Origin: [Eubacterium] saphenum | Lineage (GTDB): Bacteria > Bacillota > Clostridia > Oscillospirales > Ruminococcaceae | Direction: 5' to 3' | DNA length: 55,880 bases | Assembly (NCBI GenBank): GCA_004554555.1 | Contig: SFLN01000016.1 | Location: forward strand, 1-55,880 | In this document: positions 46,920 to 53,010 of the stretch, piece by piece | Numbering within the stretch: position 1 is the stretch's first letter | Layout: every line of letters begins with the position of its first letter | Translations under genes and position numbers: made by a program | Notes under the pieces: model-generated | The model's database searches: none | What the model was told of the DNA's origin: nothing | The model's input: only the letters and a program-made list of their open reading frames with translations

Positions 46920-48185
46920 ATGGACAATCGGCAAAGGCTGATAATAAACGGCGGGAAAAGGCTTGAGGGTGAACTGCGGGTACAGGGCGCGAAGAACAGC
47001 GCGCTTCCGCTTTTGTCGGCGGCGGTTCTGGCGCACGGCGAGAGCGTGTTCCACAATTGCCCGCAGCTGTCGGACGCAGACGCTGCGTGCCGAATTCTGA
47101 CAAAGCTCGGGTGCAAATGCCAGAGAACCGCGGACACGGTTATCGTTGACGCGACAAATGTTGTGGGATACGAAATTCCCGACAATCTGATGCGGGAAAT
47201 GCGCGGGAGTATAGTTTTTCTCGGTTCAATTCTCGGGAGAACGGGGCGGTGTCGGCTGACGTTTCCGGGCGGGTGCGAGCTGGGTGCAAGGCCGATTGAT
47301 TTGCACCTGTCGGCGCTGCGGCAAATGGGCGCGGAGATTACCGAGGAGCACGGTTATCTTGACTGCAAAGCGCCGTCGGGACTGCGCGGGGCGAAGATAA
47401 CGCTCTCGTTCCCGTCGGTCGGGGCAACCGAAAACATTCTGCTTGCGGCAGCGACGGCGAAGGGTTACACCGAGATACACAACGCCGCGCGAGAACCCGA
47501 AATCATTGACCTTGCGGACTGTTTGAACAAATTCGGCGCAAAAATCCGCGGCGCAGGAGAAAGCGTGATAGAGGCAGAGGGCGTGGAGCGGCTGTCGGCG
47601 GCTGAGCACACGGTTATACCCGACAGAATTGTCGCGGGAACGTATCTTTGCGCGGCAGCGATAACGCGCGGCGAGATTATTCTGACGAACTGCGCGCCGC
47701 AGCACATGAACGGCTTCACTCCGGTACTTGAAGCGATGGGCGCGAGCATTTACAGCTACGGCGGCGGGAAAATGTACCTGAACTGCAAAAAGCGGATTCA
47801 AGCGCCGCCGACGATAAGGACGATGCCGTACCCGGGTTTTCCGACGGACATTCAGGCGCCGTTCACCGCGCTCTGTTCGACAGCGGAGGGAACTTCGGTG
47901 TTCGTGGAAACGATATTCGAGAACCGTTTCCGGCACATCTCGGAGCTGGTGCGGCTGGGCGCATCGATAAAGGTTGAGGGCAGAGTTTGCGTGGTCGAGG
48001 GCGTGAAAACGCTTTCGGGCGCGAAGCTGAGAGCGGCTGAGCTGCGCGGCGGCGCGGCGCTTGTTATTGCGGCGCTGGCAGCCGAGGGCACAAGCGAAAT
48101 TTCGGGCGTGAGCTACATCGAGCGCGGCTACGAGAGCATAGAAACAGCGCTGCGGTCGGTTGGCGCGGATATAAAAAAGGTGTAG
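46920..48185 (+). CDS. murA: UDP-N-acetylglucosamine 1-carboxyvinyltransferase
   Basis: GAKNSALP, PGGCELGARPIDLH (catalytic Cys), SVGATEN, PGFPTD. Confidence 0.97.
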   Translation: MDNRQRLIINGGKRLEGELRVQGAKNSALPLLSAAVLAHGESVFHNCPQLSDADAACRILTKLGCKCQRTADTVIVDATNVVGYEIPDNLMREMRGSIVFLGSILGRTGRCRLTFPGGCELGARPIDLHLSALRQMGAEITEEHGYLDCKAPSGLRGAKITLSFPSVGATENILLAAATAKGYTEIHNAAREPEIIDLADCLNKFGAKIRGAGESVIEAEGVERLSAAEHTVIPDRIVAGTYLCAAAITRGEIILTNCAPQHMNGFTPVLEAMGASIYSYGGGKMYLNCKKRIQAPPTIRTMPYPGFPTDIQAPFTALCSTAEGTSVFVETIFENRFRHISELVRLGASIKVEGRVCVVEGVKTLSGAKLRAAELRGGAALVIAALAAEGTSEISGVSYIERGYESIETALRSVGADIKKV

Positions 48186-48186
48186 C

Positions 48187-48461
48187 AAACCTCACTGCAA
48201 AGCGGTTTCGCGCAACTCTTTCGCGTGGCAACTAGCCGACCGTTGGCGAGTTGCAACATTGGAAAAAGCCAACAAACAGCACTGCAAAGCGATTTTTGCA
48301 ACAATCACGCTGAGCAACTAGCGGAGCGTTGTCGCGTTTCAACGTTGGAAAAAGCCAATAAACCGCGCTGCAAAGCGGTTTTGCGCAACAATCACGCATG
48401 GCAACTAGCGGAGCATTGTCGCGTTGCAACGTTGGAAAATCCAATAAACCGCATTGCAAAG
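48187..48461. repeat. Degenerate tandem repeat, unit about 86 bp, about 3.2 copies
   Basis: Unit starts at 48187, 48274, 48360 and 48446. Confidence 0.88.
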
Positions 48462-48505
48462 TGTTTCCATGCTTACAAAACAATAAATTTTGAGGAAGTG
48501 AAAAG

Positions 48506-49861
48506 ATGATAGGAAAGAAAAAATCGGCGCAAAAACCGAGCGCTGCCAAAAGTCAAAATAGCGCCGAGATTTCTCGGAAAAGCGCTCCGCAAAGCTGTTC
48601 GAGGAGCATTGAAAAGGGAGCCGCTTCCTCGAGTTCATCGAAAAAAACGCCTGTCAAAAGTGCGCAAAATCCTCAAAATTTGAGCAAAAATTCAAACAAT
48701 CGTGTCTCGCAAAATCGTGCAAATCCCGCGCCAAATCGCGATACCCGCGGCACGTCAAAACCCGCGCAAAGCGGCTTGGCGAACGGGAAGAGCTTACTTG
48801 GGAAGAAATCAAAAAAGGCGAAAAAATCCGCGAAAGCTTCGGTGAACGGGCAGAATGCCGCGCGCGTTTCCCCGAACAGAACTGCGAACGCGAGCAATCG
48901 TCCTGCAGCGCAGCCTCCGAAAAGTCCCGCAAAGCCCGTGAACGAGCAGGCGCGCAAGGCTGCCGACAGGGCTGCGCTTGCGAAAACGCGCGCCGATGTT
49001 CCCGAAAAAAAGCGTCCCTATCGCGGCGGAAATTACACGCTGTACTTCATTTTGGCGGCGATTGTGGTCGGCATTGTGATGGCGATTTTGTCGAACACCG
49101 TGCTGTTCAAGTGCGGCTCAATCGAGGTCACCGGCACAACCCGCTACACCGCCGAGGAAATTATCGCAAGCACAGGCATCAAAACCGGCGAAAACCTTCT
49201 GCATATTGACACGAAAAAGGCTGAGGAAAGCGTGATGAGCGCGTTTGCTTTTGTGGATAAGGTCAGCGTAAAAAAGAACTTCCCGACTAAAATTGTCGTT
49301 GAGATAACCGAGGCGCAAAACTGGTTCGCGCTCAATCAGAGCGGCAAAACCGTAGTGATTTCGCGCGGCGGAAGGGTGCTGGGGGCAATTCACGCAGACG
49401 GACTGGTTGTTGTCAAGGGATTTGAGGCGGAGAGCCTTGACACGGGCAGTCAGCTCAGCTCAACGGTTGACGCGAAAAACAAGATTATAATGGAGATTTT
49501 TGAAACTGCGGAGAAGGTTGGTTTGGCGAACGTCACCGAAATCGACCTCACCGACAGATTTTCCATCAAAATCACCGTTGACGACAGAATTGTCCTCAAC
49601 CTCGGCTCGTCCGTTCAGCTTGAAAGCAAGCTGCGCGTTGGACAAGCGCTCATCGAGAAGGAAATCTCCGAGGACGAGCGCGTGTCGGTGCTGCTGACAA
49701 ATCCGGAGAAGGTTGCGGTTGAGAGCCTCTCGCACGGTCAAAAGCCGGTTCAGTCGTCAGCCGAGAAGCCTGTTCAATCGGAAACCTCCGATAACGAGCA
49801 AAATTCTTCCGATGAATCGTCGGCAGATTCTTCCGCTGAACAACCCTCGGCGGGCGAATGA
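48506..49861 (+). CDS. divIB: DivIB/FtsQ with a long basic N-terminal tail
   Basis: Single TM, then POTRA (IEVTGTTRYTAEEII..KKNFPTKIVVEITE); position before ftsZ. Confidence 0.85.
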   Translation: MIGKKKSAQKPSAAKSQNSAEISRKSAPQSCSRSIEKGAASSSSSKKTPVKSAQNPQNLSKNSNNRVSQNRANPAPNRDTRGTSKPAQSGLANGKSLLGKKSKKAKKSAKASVNGQNAARVSPNRTANASNRPAAQPPKSPAKPVNEQARKAADRAALAKTRADVPEKKRPYRGGNYTLYFILAAIVVGIVMAILSNTVLFKCGSIEVTGTTRYTAEEIIASTGIKTGENLLHIDTKKAEESVMSAFAFVDKVSVKKNFPTKIVVEITEAQNWFALNQSGKTVVISRGGRVLGAIHADGLVVVKGFEAESLDTGSQLSSTVDAKNKIIMEIFETAEKVGLANVTEIDLTDRFSIKITVDDRIVLNLGSSVQLESKLRVGQALIEKEISEDERVSVLLTNPEKVAVESLSHGQKPVQSSAEKPVQSETSDNEQNSSDESSADSSAEQPSAGE

Positions 49862-49959
49862 CGGTGAACGAAAGCGCTCCCGAAAACGCGCGAAATTATC
49901 CCGCTGAACAGCCCGTTTTGCGGTTTTCGACAACATAATAAAAAAATTTAAAAAAAAGG

Positions 49960-49988
49960 TTGCATTTTCGTTTTAAATGTGTTATAAT
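49960..49988 (+). promoter_or_regulatory. SigA promoter of ftsZ
   Basis: TTGCAT-17 bp-TATAAT with a TG extension and an upstream A tract. Confidence 0.8.
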
Positions 49989-50132
49989 GAATAGTAGTGC
50001 TTTAACATAATTTTTACAACATGTTGTCCGAAAACGGTTTGCTTTGGCAATATTTTGATTTTACGTTTTACGGATATTGTTTAAATGCGTCCTCGGACGC
50101 GGTCATATAAAATTCGGGGAGGAAAAAATGCT

Positions 50133-51335
50133 ATGAGTTTTGCATTGGATAGTTTTGATGATGGATTTGAAGTGAACGATGATTTCAAATATTCGACGAA
50201 AATTATGGTTTTCGGCGTTGGCGGAGGCGGCGGAAACGCGGTTTCTCATATGGTAAACTCGGGCGTATGCGATGTTGAGTATGTTGTCGCAAACACGGAC
50301 GTTGCCGCTCTGCGCAGCAAGGACGGAAGCCAGATGAAGCGTATTCAGATTGGCAGAAAAACAACCCGCGGTCAAGGCGCAGGAAACGACCCCGCAAGAG
50401 GTCAGCAGTCCGCTGAGGAAAACCGCGAGGATATCGCGCAGGTGCTCGACGGCGTTTCTATGCTGTTTATTGCGGCAGGTATGGGCGGCGGCACGGGTAC
50501 GGGCGCGGCTCCCGTTGTATCCGCGATTGCCAAGGAAAAGGGTATCCTTACCGTCGGCGTTGTCACCAAGCCTTTCGATTGGGAGGGCGCTCAGAAGATG
50601 CAGCAGGCTGTCAAGGGCATTTCCGAGATGAAGCAGAACGTGGACGCGCTCATCATTATCCCGAACGACAGAGTCAGAATGCTCAAGGGCAGCAATATCA
50701 CCATCAAAAACGCGTTTGAGAAGGTTGATGAAATCCTTTGCAAGGCGGTTACAGGAATTATCACTCTGCTTCACGGCAGCGGTTACATAAACGTTGACTT
50801 CGCGGATATCTGCATGGCTCTGCGCGACAGCGGCATCGCTCACATGGCTATCGGCTCGGGCAAGGGCGACAACAAGTTTGACGAAGCCCTTGATGAAATC
50901 TTCAACAGCCCGCTCCTCGAAACGTCGATTACGGGTGCGAGAAGAGGCTTGCTGAACATCAGAGTTCCCGCGTCGGATTCTGTTGGACTTGAAGAGTTTG
51001 ACAGCCTTACTAAGAAGATTGCGGAGAAATTCAATCCCGACGCAAGATACAAGTGCGGCGTTGAGTTTGACGACAGCCTTGCCGAGGACGAGATTTCGAT
51101 TATTGCAGTTGCTACGGATTTCGTTGAGGAGCCTGTTAAACAGCCCGCTCAGCAGCCGAAAAAGGCAGCTCAAACAGCGCAGACAGCTGAACCGAGCGCT
51201 CCCGAAGCAGCCGAGAACACGGTTCCCGAGGCGCAAAAGAACACCGCTCCGATGGGAAATTCCGGCGGTTTCGGTTACAGCGAGTCGCAGGATATCGAGC
51301 TGCTTATGAGAAAGTTCCAGAACAAGGACAACTGA
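50133..51335 (+). CDS. ftsZ: Cell division protein FtsZ
   Basis: GVGGGGGNAV, ANTD, GMGGGTGTG, INVDFAD; ATG 50133 after GGAGG. Confidence 0.98.
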   Translation: MSFALDSFDDGFEVNDDFKYSTKIMVFGVGGGGGNAVSHMVNSGVCDVEYVVANTDVAALRSKDGSQMKRIQIGRKTTRGQGAGNDPARGQQSAEENREDIAQVLDGVSMLFIAAGMGGGTGTGAAPVVSAIAKEKGILTVGVVTKPFDWEGAQKMQQAVKGISEMKQNVDALIIIPNDRVRMLKGSNITIKNAFEKVDEILCKAVTGIITLLHGSGYINVDFADICMALRDSGIAHMAIGSGKGDNKFDEALDEIFNSPLLETSITGARRGLLNIRVPASDSVGLEEFDSLTKKIAEKFNPDARYKCGVEFDDSLAEDEISIIAVATDFVEEPVKQPAQQPKKAAQTAQTAEPSAPEAAENTVPEAQKNTAPMGNSGGFGYSESQDIELLMRKFQNKDN

Positions 51336-51342
51336 TTTCACT

Positions 51343-51371
51343 AAATCCGAGTCGGAAGGCTCGGATTTTTT
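51343..51371 (+). terminator. Intrinsic terminator after ftsZ
   Basis: AAATCCGAGTC-GGAA-GGCTCGGATTT running into a T tract. Confidence 0.85.
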
Positions 51372-51488
51372 GTGCAATTTTTTTGAACGGTCGGGTTTTC
51401 GGGTAAGCGTGTTTTGCGAAAAGACCGCGCTTTGCGTTAATGTTTGGCTGTCTATTGCGAACAGTTTCGGGGTTTCTGCGAAACCTTT

Positions 51489-51670
51489 GCATTTTCGTCG
51501 GCATCGAACCGACGAAAATGCGGTTTTTTGAGAAACTTTGTTTCTCAAAAAACCATTGCGCCCGATTTTCCCTCGAATATTGCTTTGCGGTATGCGCGCT
51601 CCGGTCGATTTCGTCGGCATTGAACCGCCGAAATCGAGCGTTTTTTATGAACTTCGTTCCTAAAAACGCG
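51489..51670. repeat. Mosaic palindromic intergenic repeat locus 6
   Basis: 33-bp hairpins at 51489-51521 and 51605-51637, each followed by a second inverted repeat (51522-51554; about 51638-51669). Confidence 0.85.
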
Positions 51671-51831
51671 TTGAAAGAAAACTGTTTACAAGAACTCCCA
51701 CAATCCTTTTGAAAAAGTCTTGACCGAAAACTTTTCGCTTAGCGGTGCTTGGGAACGGTTCGGCAATTTTTTCAGCGCTTGGTTGTTCTCTGCAAAAATT
51801 ACCACGGACAAAACAAATTTGCAAAAAGCCC

Positions 51832-51860
51832 TTGCATTTTTCATCGTTTTGTTATACAAT
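51832..51860 (+). promoter_or_regulatory. SigA-type promoter
   Basis: TTGCAT-17 bp-TACAAT. Confidence 0.65.
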
Positions 51861-51864
51861 ATTA

Positions 51865-52030
51865 TGGGAACTTCTAAAAACCTCCTTCGCGGCAGCTTTT
51901 CTATGACTTGTATCATCTGCTGCGTTGTCAAACCTTGAAATACATACAGTATTCCTACGGTTTGACGCCTTGCATCTGATACAAGTCATTGACGAAAATC
52001 TGCTCGCGTCCCGGTTTTTAGAGAACCCCT
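51865..52030. mobile_element. About 165-bp rod-like palindrome, candidate ERIC-like MITE or structured leader RNA
   Basis: Nested arms TCTAAAAACC/GGTTTTTAGA, ATGACTTGTATCA/TGATACAAGTCAT, GTCAAACC/GGTTTGAC and AATAC/GTATT; TA dinucleotides on both flanks. Confidence 0.55.
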
Positions 52031-52077
52031 TATATAGTATTATGCTCAAAATTATTTTCATCAAACGAGGTTAAAAT

Positions 52078-52980
52078 ATGGACAAACTCACGGCATTTTT
52101 CAAAAACGTGTGGTTCAGACGCGCTGTTGCGGCGCTCACCTGGGGTTACACGGCGTTTCTTATATGGGTTGCGTGGCTCTGCTTCGGATATCACTTTGAG
52201 CTTGAAAACCCCACACCGCTCTTCGTTCTCTACCTTTTCATCAACATTGTGGCATTCGGTCTGCTTATCTTCACGCGAAAACAGGTTATCACGCAGGTCA
52301 ACGCCTACGTCTTGCCGATTGTCGCGTTTTTGATACTGATTTTCGGCTTCGGGAAGTGGTACATCACGACGCCGCCGCTGGTTGTGGTTATCGCGTTTTT
52401 CTTCATCAACAGGTCAAATGAAACGCTTAAAACGGTGCTTGGAACAATGTACCTGCTGATGTACGTTATCGGAACAGTCGGCTTCATCGCGATGCGTATG
52501 TTTATGGGCAACATCACCTTCACGCTCGATGAAAACGGAAGCCCTTCCATAAGCGAGCTTGACCTCAGCCTACGCGACCCCGATTACGAGAAAATTTCGG
52601 AGTCGGGCGATTACCGCGTGGTGCGCTATATCTCGAAAACGGGCGACCGCGAGATGGTGTCCTATTACGTTGAGGACGCGCGCGAGGACGTGAAGATACC
52701 GATGGGAATTTGCAAGAAGGTTGCGGGCTGCCGTCACCTCCACACCGCCGTTTACGCGGGCGCTTCGAGCGACCATATTCGTTGGGCAACGCAAAAGGTT
52801 GACGGGAAAACGGTTGACGTGCTTTATGTTGAGGGAATTCTGCGTGAAAATCCCTATCTTATCAAGAAAATCGAAAGCGACAGCTCGGACAGCTCAAGTT
52901 CATCGGTTAAATCAAGTTCAACTTCATCAAGCAACGACAGCGAGAGCGATGAAAGCAGCGCAGTTTCCGAACGAAGCTGA
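52078..52980 (+). CDS. Uncharacterised membrane protein (about 5 TM helices, soluble C-terminal domain, Ser-rich tail)
   Basis: 300-aa ORF, RBS GAGG, hydrophobic N-terminal half, host-like codon usage. Confidence 0.8.
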   Translation: MDKLTAFFKNVWFRRAVAALTWGYTAFLIWVAWLCFGYHFELENPTPLFVLYLFINIVAFGLLIFTRKQVITQVNAYVLPIVAFLILIFGFGKWYITTPPLVVVIAFFFINRSNETLKTVLGTMYLLMYVIGTVGFIAMRMFMGNITFTLDENGSPSISELDLSLRDPDYEKISESGDYRVVRYISKTGDREMVSYYVEDAREDVKIPMGICKKVAGCRHLHTAVYAGASSDHIRWATQKVDGKTVDVLYVEGILRENPYLIKKIESDSSDSSSSSVKSSSTSSSNDSESDESSAVSERS

Positions 52981-53010
52981 TGACGGAAACAAAGCAAGGG
53001 GAGGATTGTA

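Noticed and set aside
44457..48461. CRISPR arrays in the dcw intergenic regions
   Set aside because: Whole units are similar along their length, with no invariant repeat alternating with unique spacers, and no cas genes are present
51865..52030. 6S RNA
   Set aside because: Length and promoter are compatible, but the rod lacks the large central bubble of 6S RNA; an Rfam scan would settle it
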